Of a stretch of 64,000 bases of DNA, positions 27,563 to 37,032 are shown in pieces. Within the stretch, counting starts at the first letter, position 1. The number at the start of each line of letters is the position of its first letter. The position numbers were made by a program, and so were the translations under genes. This stretch comes from a virus. The DNA is taken from IMG/VR virus record IMGVR_UViG_3300045988_076381. One strand, given 5' to 3'. A model generated the notes under the pieces. It searched no databases. It was given only the letters and a program-made list of their open reading frames with translations, and was not told the DNA's origin.

Positions 27563-29796
27563 TTTCCAAAATTTACTTCGTTATTTCTAGGATTGTTATC
27601 AAATAATTGTGCCCATTCAATATCAGCTTTCTTTTCTTCAATCTTATTTCTCTCTTTATCATTTTCATCTTTAGATTTAGCAGTAAACCATTTAATAGAG
27701 GAATCTTGTTCTTTTTGTTTTAGATTTTCTACTTCTTTAATAGATTTTTGCAATTCCTCTTGAAGTTGCTGTATCTGTTGTTGAGCTTCTTTAAGAGCTT
27801 GATCATATTGCTGTATCTGCTGTTGAGCTTGTTGTATTTGATTATTCTCCTCTTTTTGACGTTTAATTGCGTCTAATGTTATTTGTTTATATTCTGTGAT
27901 ACTCTTACATCCAATAGCTTGTACTAATACATCAGCTGTTAATTGTCCCGATTTAATTAACTCAAGATTATATGCTTTTATAGTTTCTAAGTCTTGTAAA
28001 GCGGATTGAGTATCAGCAATATTTATATCAAAGTCTGTTACTGTATAATGTTCTGGAAGTGCTGTGAAAATAGCTTTTTGTTTCTCTCCAAGAATTATAG
28101 TTCCTTGAAATCCATCTTTATATACTACTTTAGCTATATTTAAACTATCTAAGAATAATTCTCTTAAAGCTAATGCCATGTTAGAGAAGTATATTTTTGT
28201 GACAATTAGTGATTGATTAATTCCGGTTCTAACATTAGTAACAGCATCTCTAGTTTCAACTCCTCCAATAGCTTCTCTAAATGCTCCTGTTATATTAGAT
28301 GCGAGTTGTTCTATTTTTTCTATAGCTAAATCTAGAGCTTGCATTGATTGGTAGGATAAACTCATATCATATGTATTAAATACAGCATTTGGCATAGATT
28401 GTCCAGCCTCACTTTGGGAAGTATCTAATGCTGCGAATCCTTGTTTTACATACGCCATGAATTTAAGTAATCTGTTTGTTTCATCTTCCTCGTCTAAGAA
28501 TGTGGGGATTTTAGAGAAATCTACTGCAATACCTTTTGTCCCACTTACTGCAATGGCATTATTTCGAAGGAAAAATAGTATATTATACATATCTTGCAAA
28601 TCTGCTGTAGCTAATACTAAACTAAACGGGATATTTTGTCTCGTTGTCATAAATAACCCATTAACAGATAATGTACATTCCTTAGGATTATCCATAGATC
28701 TAACTACATTTAAATCTACATCCCTAACAATATAAATATCACTAGCAATTTTAACTACAGAGTATCTATGCATTACACCATCTTTTCCTGTCTCTATATA
28801 TTCTACCTCATATACAGTAATTAATCTATTATTATATCCATACATTCCAGTATTCCCATCCCAAACAGGAGTTACCTCTAGTCCCCCTAATATTCCGGTA
28901 GCAAATTCCGAATCCTCTGTAGTAGCAGCATTTATTGGTCCGGTAGATCTTATTATATACTTCTGATTATCAGTATAATATGCCTTCTCTAATTCATCTC
29001 TTAACTTAGTTTTATCAGCTTCTGTTAATTCTGAATTATATTTAGATAAGATCTGATCTACTGTCATGTAATATCTACAAACAGCTCTAGGAGATTTATT
29101 TAAATAATAACTATTAGGATTTTTCTCCACAAAAGTATTAATAGGATTTAATCCTTCTATATCCACATTATTCCCACTTCTAGAAGGTTGTGTTTTAAAA
29201 TAAAGTGTTCCGGAGATTAATAAATCCGTCATTAATAATCTAGCTTTTATATCTAAATCAATACTTTTAGATTGAGATAAATATGTTATAATATTCTGTG
29301 CTGCTATTTCATATTCAGAAATAAAATTTTTATCTATATCTTCCTTTAATAATTGTAGAGACTTTTCAGTTAGAGGATCTTTTGTTATAGGAGTATTCTG
29401 ATCTCCGAATTTAGAGAGAATAGTATTATATAAATTACTCATATATAATTCCCTAACTCCATCTAATACTTTAAGCTGTCTCTCTCTATTTATTAAAGAT
29501 AATGTCTTTTGATCTTTACATGTAATTTGCATATTTAATGGAGCATCTAGAAACTTCCCAACTAAATAATCTATGTGCTTTTTTATAAGTGGTATAAATT
29601 GTATTTGTGTCGGAGTTCCTATTCCATAATTTTCTTCGAAATGCTTATATTGATCTAAATCCATCTTCCCGTGATAGTAGTTATAAGCTTTTCTTATCGC
29701 TACTTTATCATACACGAGATCAGAAATAGCTTGATTAGCCTTCTGAATTTGATAGTCTTTTGATCCTCGTTTGTACTCGACGCTCATCCAAATCAA
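27559..29796 (-). CDS. putative portal protein
   Basis: 745 aa, about 260 nt downstream of the large terminase (a 108-aa ORF, 29735..30061, spans the gap). Gln-rich coiled coil near the C-terminus. Based on size and position, no motif-level proof. The real start is possibly Met4. Confidence 0.55.
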   Translation of the reverse strand: MIWMSVEYKRGSKDYQIQKANQAISDLVYDKVAIRKAYNYYHGKMDLDQYKHFEENYGIGTPTQIQFIPLIKKHIDYLVGKFLDAPLNMQITCKDQKTLSLINRERQLKVLDGVRELYMSNLYNTILSKFGDQNTPITKDPLTEKSLQLLKEDIDKNFISEYEIAAQNIITYLSQSKSIDLDIKARLLMTDLLISGTLYFKTQPSRSGNNVDIEGLNPINTFVEKNPNSYYLNKSPRAVCRYYMTVDQILSKYNSELTEADKTKLRDELEKAYYTDNQKYIIRSTGPINAATTEDSEFATGILGGLEVTPVWDGNTGMYGYNNRLITVYEVEYIETGKDGVMHRYSVVKIASDIYIVRDVDLNVVRSMDNPKECTLSVNGLFMTTRQNIPFSLVLATADLQDMYNILFFLRNNAIAVSGTKGIAVDFSKIPTFLDEEDETNRLLKFMAYVKQGFAALDTSQSEAGQSMPNAVFNTYDMSLSYQSMQALDLAIEKIEQLASNITGAFREAIGGVETRDAVTNVRTGINQSLIVTKIYFSNMALALRELFLDSLNIAKVVYKDGFQGTIILGEKQKAIFTALPEHYTVTDFDINIADTQSALQDLETIKAYNLELIKSGQLTADVLVQAIGCKSITEYKQITLDAIKRQKEENNQIQQAQQQIQQYDQALKEAQQQIQQLQEELQKSIKEVENLKQKEQDSSIKWFTAKSKDENDKERNKIEEKKADIEWAQLFDNNPRNNEVNFGK

Positions 29797-30061
29797 TTTT
29801 TTGTCCTACGAAGTATCTAGTTAGATTTAAACCTCGAAGGTGTAGTTCTTTCTTTATTTTTTCTAAAAACTTCTCTTTACTATCACATTGGATATATATA
29901 CATAAAGGAGTTAGGTAATCTTCTGTTATATACATTTTAAGTATATAACCATCCTCTGTTTTAATTATATCCATTGATTTATTATATATCGCCCCATATA
30001 ATTCTAATATGTATTCTTTAATCATACATATTAAATATTCTTTTTCAGTCGTATTAATCAT
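29735..30061 (-). CDS. hypothetical protein
   Basis: 108-aa ORF between terminase and portal. Confidence 0.5.
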   Translation of the reverse strand: MINTTEKEYLICMIKEYILELYGAIYNKSMDIIKTEDGYILKMYITEDYLTPLCIYIQCDSKEKFLEKIKKELHLRGLNLTRYFVGQKIDLDERRVQTRIKRLSNSEG

Positions 30062-30234
30062 ATACTGAATCTGTTCTAGATATTAATACTTTTAAATCCT
30101 CAGGAATTCCATCATCTGTAGGTATTTTTCCAAAATGTTTTACTCCATTAGAATCATAATAATATCCTATTTTACTTATTTTAATTTTTTTCTTCTTCTC
30201 ACCAATTCCTCCTAGTAATCTTAGTTCTTGATCG
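30054..30234 (-). CDS. terL: terminase large subunit, exon 4 of 4 (assignment tentative)
   Basis: A 60-codon open frame that is in frame with exon 3 only if the intron ends at G30235 (AU+C=Ile: ...AAMGI-DQELRLL...). Confidence 0.5.
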
Positions 30235-30515
30235 CCCATTTCGCACCATATTTGTTATCTATAAGGCTTTTTATCCTTATATTCTTATAATTTCTTATAA
30301 GCTCAGCATATATTTTCATCTTATATTTAAATAAGATGTTCCGCACTCGTGGAAGGATTATTACTCTCATTAACGTTCACCTTCTATGCGTTACAATGGC
30401 TAACGATGTTTTAGCTTATCTCGGTATTAGCATGGTATTTAAACTTTAACTTTCACCGATTTTGCGGAATTATTTTATTACCTTAAATTTCTTTAAGGAG
30501 GGACATGCAAGGTCT
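30235..30515 (-). mobile_element. group I-like intron T3 (ORF-less, second family)
   Basis: P1 GGGAU/GUCCC with U30516.G30504. P2 CCUUAAA-GAAA-UUUAAGG. P3 UUCCGCA/UGCGGAA. J3/4 AAA. P4 UCGGUG/UACCGA. 3' end ...GAAAUGGG. Confidence 0.65.
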
Positions 30516-31534
30516 ATCCCCATTGCAGCGATAATATCAAACTTCCTCTTATTCTCATAAGAATAATCCTTTAACTCATTTAACATCTCTATACAATCAA
30601 TTCTATCCCAGAATTCATTAACATAATCCTGAATAAGTTCAAGATAATACTCAATAACTCTTTTTGAGGGATAAATACCGTACATACTAGAATTTAAAGA
30701 TTTCTTCTTAGATACATCTGTACTATTCGGAGATTGTAATTTTTTCATTAATAAATATTGTTTTCCTTTATCCTGAAAATAACTTACAATAGCTGTTCTG
30801 GAACTTTCTAATACTGCTTTTGCTCCATACCATTCTAATAATAGAATTGTCTGATTATAAGCTGTTCTAATATTCTCAGGCCTATCTTTATATATAGCTA
30901 CATATTTATTTCCATCAAGTCCATAATTCCTCTTCTTTATAACTAAACAGAAATCAGATGTATCCTTCTGCCCAGTAGACTGATCAATACCTTGGTCAAT
31001 AGAGTCAATTCCAGCAACATAAAGATTAGGTATTAAATCACCATTCTCATCTCTTATAGGCTCTTCAAATATTTTAACTTTACCATTAGGAGAAGAGATG
31101 AATTTAATATTATCTCTACCTCCATCTGTGGCTAAAGCAAGTATACCAATTTTTGGTTTTATTCCGTAGCCATGAACTTCTATATCTGTTAATCTTTGTG
31201 CGATTAAATTCTGATTGAACATATTATCTCCTTTCCTAGATAAAGCTTCTTGGAAAGTCCAACAATACTCTGCACAATGTACCATATAAGCAAAGGGATC
31301 ATTTGAGTATCTTTGACGTTCAATCATTAAAAATTCTTCTGCTTTCTTACGTATTGTAACTCCTCGATTATCTATTATCCCAGGTTGCATTACTATGGCA
31401 GTAGATGGGATAAAGTATGCTGTATAGACTGTACGATTATCTGAGGAGTGATTATGTTTATATGGTAAGATTCCGAAGGAAATTGGATCAAGAAACATCC
31501 GTTCTAGTCCTTCTAAAGATGGACCACTATCTCC
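30516..31534 (-). CDS. terL: terminase large subunit, exon 3 of 4
   Basis: Nuclease-domain part (LYVAGIDSIDQG..., ...KFDIIAAMG). The track start (GTG at 31537) is really the intron 3' end. Confidence 0.75.
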
Positions 31535-31818
31535 CACTTTGTTATCTCTAGAGCTTTTTATCTCTAGATTCTTACACTTCTTAATTTATGTAAGGTCAGC
31601 ATATATTTTCATCTGTTCTAGATGTCGAACACTCGTGGTAGGATTATATTTATTCACCTACTATGCGTTACAGTATCAATTAACCTTTCGCAATTTAATT
31701 GATTACCTCGGGATTGGCATCACAGCTTTCCCCGATTTTGCTCGATTTTCTCAATGAAGATTCCTCTTCAAGCCGGCAAAATTTTATATTTTCTTTCTAA
31801 ATAAATACTGGAATATTT
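31535..31818 (-). mobile_element. group I-like intron T2 (ORF-less, second family)
   Basis: P1 CCGGU/GCCGG with U31819.G31777 and a 41-nt L1. P2 UGAAGA-GGAA-UCUUCA. P3 UCGAGCA/UGUUCGA. P4 UCGGGG/UCCCGA. Ends ...AAAGUG. Confidence 0.65.
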
Positions 31819-32229
31819 ACCGGTACCATAACCAATCTTAAATCCAACTCTTTGTCCAATTACCTTAATAAGAGCATCTCCTTGAATCCATTTCTTAATC
31901 AACTCGGGGTCAGAACCACATTCTTCGTATATAAGTAATTCACATCGATCACCTCTGACTTTAGAAGGTTTATCCGCTACAATACCTGTTATCATAGATT
32001 TAAATCCGGATTCATTACCTTCTCTATCCTTCTTTGATGCTCTTTTTTGGACCATAGTATTTATCGCTTGGCGTAAATGCTTAAATCCATTCTCTGTTTC
32101 TGTATTTAAATAATCCAATTGTACCCAACATTTCTCTAATGTCTTAGCTAAGAAATCACTAGTTGCTGCGGTATATATAGATTGAGACTCTGGTTCACAT
32201 GTATACATTGCAACTCCATTATTTGCTCC
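31819..32229 (-). CDS. terL: terminase large subunit, exon 2 of 4
   Basis: 137 codons containing a Walker B-like CELLIYEECGS. Ends ...KIGYGTG at the splice-site U. Confidence 0.75.
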
Positions 32230-32536
32230 CATTTCACTGAAACCGCTTCTGTTATCATAAAGACTTTTTATTCTTTATTTCCTGGAGTTTCCTCCTTACT
32301 ATATTTAGATTTAATCATCTAAAGGATCGGCGCACGTTTTTATCTCATATTTAAATAAGATATTCCGAACTCATGGGAAGATTATTACTCTCTTAACGTT
32401 CACTTCCTGCGCTCTACGATAATTAATTGATATTTAATCATCTCGGCATTAACATAGTTTATATTTAAACCTTAGTCTTTACCGATATTTCGGAATTTAT
32501 TACCCTTAAATTACTTTAAGGGAGGCCCGGTATTTT
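32230..32536 (-). mobile_element. group I-like intron T1 (ORF-less, second family)
   Basis: P1 GGCUU/GGGCC with U32537.G32528. P2 CCCUUAAA-GUAA-UUUAAGGG. P3 UUCCGAA/UUCGGAA. P4 UCGGUA/UGCCGA. Ends ...GAAAUG. Confidence 0.65.
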
Positions 32537-33346
32537 AAGCCCACGTCCCTTTAAAACAAGAGCATCTTTATTTGTTTTCCTACATAATTCCAGATAATGA
32601 AAATATTCATATTGTTTTGCTAGAAACATTGGAAAAGATGTAGCACGTTTACCTTTTTTTGTTCCTCCTGTATCTAATATAATCGGAGTTTGCATTCGAT
32701 AGAAATTTAAATAAAAATAATTCCATCCAGTTATAGTATACCCATGTGAAGTATAGCCCTCAGTACATCTTCTGAATCTCTCATCCCAGAAATTATTATA
32801 TGCAGGACCTTTATAAGCATACATCTCATACTTCCCTGTAGCTTCTTTAGTCATTGCATCTTCTCTGAACCAATCAGGATTAAAATCTAATCCTTGTGTT
32901 TCTGTTATAGGTCTATACCCAGTAAGTTCATACGAAAGTTCGGGATCAAAGAAATCTACTGGATCTCCTATTTTAACATCCCAATCAGTAAATGCTTCTG
33001 ATTGTTCTAGAGCTTTAGTCTTTAATTTACTATATAAATAATCATCTATTTCAACTTCATCTCTAGCAATTTTATAGTTAGATAAATCTTTAGATATATA
33101 AGAATTATCATATAATTTCTGCTCTTCCGATTCCTCTTCTTTTAACTTTTCGGGGGTATCATAGGTACTAAGATCTCTTACTATTGTTTCAGTATCTAAA
33201 GAATTTAAAAGTTCCTTTGTAGTAGGTTTCTTTTTTACAACTCTTTTAGGTTTTTCTGGTTCGGAATCTACTTTTTTAGGAATATCTTTCTTTGCCTTTA
33301 CTTTAGATACATTACCTTTTGCTCCATATGTAATTTTCCTAGCCAT
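32537..33346 (-). CDS. terL: terminase large subunit, exon 1 of 4
   Basis: 270 codons ending ...ALVLKGRGL. Splicing to exon 2 gives KGRGLGANNG (Walker A-like region). Confidence 0.75.
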
Positions 33347-33348
33347 AT

Positions 33349-33930
33349 TTAATCTCTATATCCAGGTTCATAATCCCCTTTTATTTTAGATTGTTTTTCT
33401 ATATCTCTCTTATATCTATCCTCTGCTGCCCTAACTTCATCCAGAAGAGGGCCTATTCCTTTAGCTTCTGCGATTACGTCTTTAGCTTTATATCTTAATT
33501 GTCCTGTTTCATCATTTACATCACTTAAATCAACTAAGTCATTAAAATATATCGTTAATTTATCTATTACAGTATATACGGATTTAAGTAATTTATATGT
33601 TCTAAAAGAATCTCTTAATTCCTCATATTTCCTACAAGCTGCTCTAAATAAAGGATCAGAAAATTCTTCATCTGTTATAGCTGCTTGCCTTCTTGCTTCT
33701 TTATTCCTATTTTGTTCTGGGAAATCATATATAGGAGATTGCCAATCTAACATTAAATAAATATATTTAAATTCCCTAAACGCTCGTAATTTAAACCTTC
33801 CAGCAGGATCTTCTGGACATTTATTTCTCTCAGACTCCATTAAATCATTAAATTCTTTAAGTAATAGAATCTCCTCCTTATTTAATTCTAAGGATCCGGT
33901 TTGATTATTATAATTAAAAAACTTTACCAT
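33349..33930 (-). CDS. possible terminase small subunit
   Basis: 193-aa ORF ending 3 nt before the terL start. Based on position only. Confidence 0.35.
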   Translation of the reverse strand: MVKFFNYNNQTGSLELNKEEILLLKEFNDLMESERNKCPEDPAGRFKLRAFREFKYIYLMLDWQSPIYDFPEQNRNKEARRQAAITDEEFSDPLFRAACRKYEELRDSFRTYKLLKSVYTVIDKLTIYFNDLVDLSDVNDETGQLRYKAKDVIAEAKGIGPLLDEVRAAEDRYKRDIEKQSKIKGDYEPGYRD

Positions 33931-33997
33931 AGTACATATCCATATTTAGCAAGAAAGAGTGATATAAATAAGGAGATTACTTATATCACTCTTCATA

Positions 33998-34225
33998 TCA
34001 TACCTTTTCTAAATCTTTAGTCGAGAATACTCCTTCGCACATATCTCGATTAGAATTAAACCATACACACCTCATTCCAAGAAATGAAATTTCATTTTCT
34101 GATGAATCTACAACTTTTTCCACTATAAGCATTTTAGGCTTAAATGGCATATCGTGTTTTAATTGAACCAAATCTCCTGGTTTTAGAAATATTTTAGGTT
34201 CTTGATATTTAAGACAATTCTTCAT
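33998..34225 (-). CDS. hypothetical small protein
   Basis: 75-aa ORF overlapping the upstream gene by 17 nt. Confidence 0.45.
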   Translation of the reverse strand: MKNCLKYQEPKIFLKPGDLVQLKHDMPFKPKMLIVEKVVDSSENEISFLGMRCVWFNSNRDMCEGVFSTKDLEKV

Positions 34226-34748
34226 GGTTATTAATTTTCTTAGAACTACAAGCTAATACATTTTGCTCTTGAATAATCCATAAAACAGTATCTCCAGTTC
34301 CGTCAGTATCAATTGGGAGATCTCTTTCACTATTAGCTATATACATTATATCCATTCCCGGGGTAACTGTTTTACAATCGGGACCTACATCTATTACACT
34401 ACCTACAGAAATAAAGCGTTCATTCCAAATATCTATATCTTCTCCAGAACGAGGATCATGTTTAACGTCCCGTTTTAATATAATTCCTCCCTTAGATTTA
34501 GGGTTTTCATAAGGACTAGCAGGATATTTAGAGAAGATTAAATAAGTTCCCATTGGTTTAATTTCCCAATTATTTACTTTATCCTCAAAAAACTCTACTT
34601 GTTTCTGGAGTTCTTCGTCAGAGACATTTTTTATTTTCTCATCGATTCCTATCGATTTAAGAGCTTTGTCAGTATTTAATTCTGACCTAACATTCTCCGG
34701 AACATATAATCCGGAATAATCATTTTTCATTACTTTTCCCATATACAT
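34209..34748 (-). CDS. GroES-like co-chaperonin (tentative)
   Basis: KPMGTYLIF..., GGIILK..., VGSVIDVGPDC...VTPGMDIMY follows the GroES/gp31 pattern (KPLGDRVLV, GGI, GxVvavGpG, vkvGDkV). Confidence 0.4.
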   Translation of the reverse strand: MYMGKVMKNDYSGLYVPENVRSELNTDKALKSIGIDEKIKNVSDEELQKQVEFFEDKVNNWEIKPMGTYLIFSKYPASPYENPKSKGGIILKRDVKHDPRSGEDIDIWNERFISVGSVIDVGPDCKTVTPGMDIMYIANSERDLPIDTDGTGDTVLWIIQEQNVLACSSKKINNHEELS

Positions 34749-34768
34749 TTAAATTTAACATAAAACAT

Positions 34769-35035
34769 TTACCATTTATTTAATACACAATGATTATTTT
34801 TATTTCTTGTCTTTGCCATTAGTCTACATCCACATCCTTTAACCCATCCAACCATTTCTACATTAGATACCTGACCAGTACGAGGATTTATCCATAATTT
34901 AGGATCACAATAGCCTCCATATTTTTCTGAATATAAAGGACATTCTTTACATATCTCCAATCTTTTTAAATATAATTTTTCATTTATATTTAAAAATTCC
35001 TTTGCGTGTCCTGATAATATATCTTTAATACTCAT
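34769..35035 (-). CDS. Cys-rich small protein (zinc-binding?)
   Basis: 88 aa with CKECP...C...GCGC...HC pattern. Confidence 0.5.
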   Translation of the reverse strand: MSIKDILSGHAKEFLNINEKLYLKRLEICKECPLYSEKYGGYCDPKLWINPRTGQVSNVEMVGWVKGCGCRLMAKTRNKNNHCVLNKW

Positions 35036-35040
35036 GATAT

Positions 35041-37020
35041 TTAAAATATTATAGGTTTATTTTCTTCTTCATATTTCCGGAGAATTAACTGCTTTTTATA
35101 GTATTTAAGCATCTTCTCTATATCAGATTTTAAATATTCTAGAACATACTCATTAACTTCACCATCGTGAGTAAAGTGAACAATTCTTAGCTCATCAATA
35201 ATTAAATCCGGATTTTGTTTTTGAAGCATCCATGCGTAAAGAGATAATTGAAGAGTATAATGTAAGAAGTTACAATCCATTATATTATTTAAAGGGTATT
35301 TCATCATTTGATACTTCTTCTTTTTAGGATCAAAATAGGATTTTTGTTTTAATTTCTTATTAGTATTATGTGTTGGAATCATAGAATATCCAAACAAAAA
35401 AGTATGAGAAGGACTATCTACTTCAATACATTGTGTTGGAATAGTATCTACTTTTTCTACAGATTTAATATTTCTATAATGATTCTTAGACCCATTAGAT
35501 AATTCAATATTTTGATTTCTAGTTAAAAAAGGGTTTAAATCATTACTAGAAAAACAAATATCATATCCTAGAAAAATTTTACCATCACACTTCTTTTTTA
35601 CATTAAATATTGTTCCTTTTAAACCTAAACTAGATATTAATTTAATTGTATCGTCTGCTTGCCATCTTTGAGTAGTTGACATTACAAATCTTCTCCTTTC
35701 TTTATGATAGTATCCGTCAGTATCCATCAGTCCTCTAAGAAGATCTAATCGTTGTTCAAATGAAGCCCTCAGATATATATCAGGAATATGTTTATATTCT
35801 AATACTCCTAATTGTTTTAGCTTTGTACGTAAACCATAAATTGTTTTACATTCTACATTAGCTCTATCTGGATTATGTTGAGCATTTTCTCCTATATCAT
35901 ATCCTCTAGATTTAATTTCTTCCCATAATGGAGAATCTTTTCTTTGAGTAATTAGTCCACATGATTTTGAACCGTCACCAAGCCAACAACCTAATACATA
36001 TGGATCTATAGGTAAATCTGCTTTTGGGAGATTTAAAGGTTTAGCATTAAGTATTTTTGGAAGTTCTTCTGATTTAATTTTTATTCTTTTTTCTTTTCTA
36101 TTATTTATATCTTCTAATAGATAATGTAATTCCTCAGTTGTCATTACTTTATTTGTATATTTTTTGTTTTTTAAGAAGGATATAAACCAACGATGTTCGT
36201 GATCTGCTATAATACTTTCAGAATTATCAAAAGTTATTTTATAACAAGGATTATAATGTATTTCAGATTTATGTACTACTTTAGTTATATTTCCATCCTT
36301 ATCAAAAATTTCTTCTCCTTCTTTAATATCCTTTATAGTTGTCCATCCAGATTTAGTTGCAATTGGCGTGTCTAAAGGTAATCCTTTCCAGTCCCATACT
36401 TTGATATGATTTCCATTTTTAATAATTAAATCAGATTGTCCAGCAATACGTAACATTCCTTCTGGATCTATATAAGAAATTAACATTTCCGGTATAATTC
36501 CTGTATCTATATCTAAATTATGATGATTTTTATATACAGGAATAGTTCCTCCTAAATTAAATCTCTTAATCATTTTCTCAGCATGATTATAAAATCCAGT
36601 TTCTTGTTCTGCATGTATCTCAGTACCATACTCACAAGCTATCCTATTTGTTTCTCCCCAATCTTTTACATATTTATTACAAGTCTCTTCAAATACTTCT
36701 TTTGTAATACTATCTGGAATATAAGAATCATCCCATTTTTTAGTATTTAATAAAGAACTCTTTACATTAATAAAATCATTTCCCATTAACTCTTCTAACG
36801 CCTTATACTTCTTCCAAAAATCTGAATCAAACTTATTCTCGAACTCTCCAATTAAAGTAGTTACAGAAATAAATTTTTTTCCTTCACCTACTCCCTTTTT
36901 ACCTACATACACATGTTTCTCATCATTGTATGTAACATCATCGTTTTCCTTATCGACGATTAAATCATTACCATCGAAGGAGAAGTATTTAACATCTCCT
37001 TCATTCATACTCATAGTCAT
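35041..37020 (-). CDS. PD-(D/E)XK (RecB/Cas4-like) nuclease interrupted by an intein
   Basis: Extein motifs GTEIHAEQE, GQSDLII, VWDWK|T (DxK-T) and YTLQLSLYAW. About 340 aa of Hint+LAGLIDADG sequence is inserted between K212 and T553. Confidence 0.7.
   Translation of the reverse strand: MTMSMNEGDVKYFSFDGNDLIVDKENDDVTYNDEKHVYVGKKGVGEGKKFISVTTLIGEFENKFDSDFWKKYKALEELMGNDFINVKSSLLNTKKWDDSYIPDSITKEVFEETCNKYVKDWGETNRIACEYGTEIHAEQETGFYNHAEKMIKRFNLGGTIPVYKNHHNLDIDTGIIPEMLISYIDPEGMLRIAGQSDLIIKNGNHIKVWDWKGLPLDTPIATKSGWTTIKDIKEGEEIFDKDGNITKVVHKSEIHYNPCYKITFDNSESIIADHEHRWFISFLKNKKYTNKVMTTEELHYLLEDINNRKEKRIKIKSEELPKILNAKPLNLPKADLPIDPYVLGCWLGDGSKSCGLITQRKDSPLWEEIKSRGYDIGENAQHNPDRANVECKTIYGLRTKLKQLGVLEYKHIPDIYLRASFEQRLDLLRGLMDTDGYYHKERRRFVMSTTQRWQADDTIKLISSLGLKGTIFNVKKKCDGKIFLGYDICFSSNDLNPFLTRNQNIELSNGSKNHYRNIKSVEKVDTIPTQCIEVDSPSHTFLFGYSMIPTHNTNKKLKQKSYFDPKKKKYQMMKYPLNNIMDCNFLHYTLQLSLYAWMLQKQNPDLIIDELRIVHFTHDGEVNEYVLEYLKSDIEKMLKYYKKQLILRKYEEENKPIIF
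35365..36384 (-). mobile_element. intein with LAGLIDADG endonuclease, class-3-like (WCT)
   Basis: Block A GLPLDTPIAT (no Cys/Ser1), block B ADHEHRW, LAGLIDADG motifs LGCWLGDGS and LLRGLMDTDGY, block F TQCIEVDSPSHTFLF, block G MIPTHN followed by Thr+1. Confidence 0.65.
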
Positions 37021-37032
37021 AATATATAAATT

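Noticed and set aside
30237-32232. ATG 32232, GTG 31537 and ATG 30239 as independent gene starts for three separate proteins.
   Set aside because: The three 'starts' are the conserved 3' terminus A(A/G)UG|GG of paralogous introns. The fragments carry successive terminase motifs (Walker A-like, Walker B, nuclease) and join in frame after splicing.
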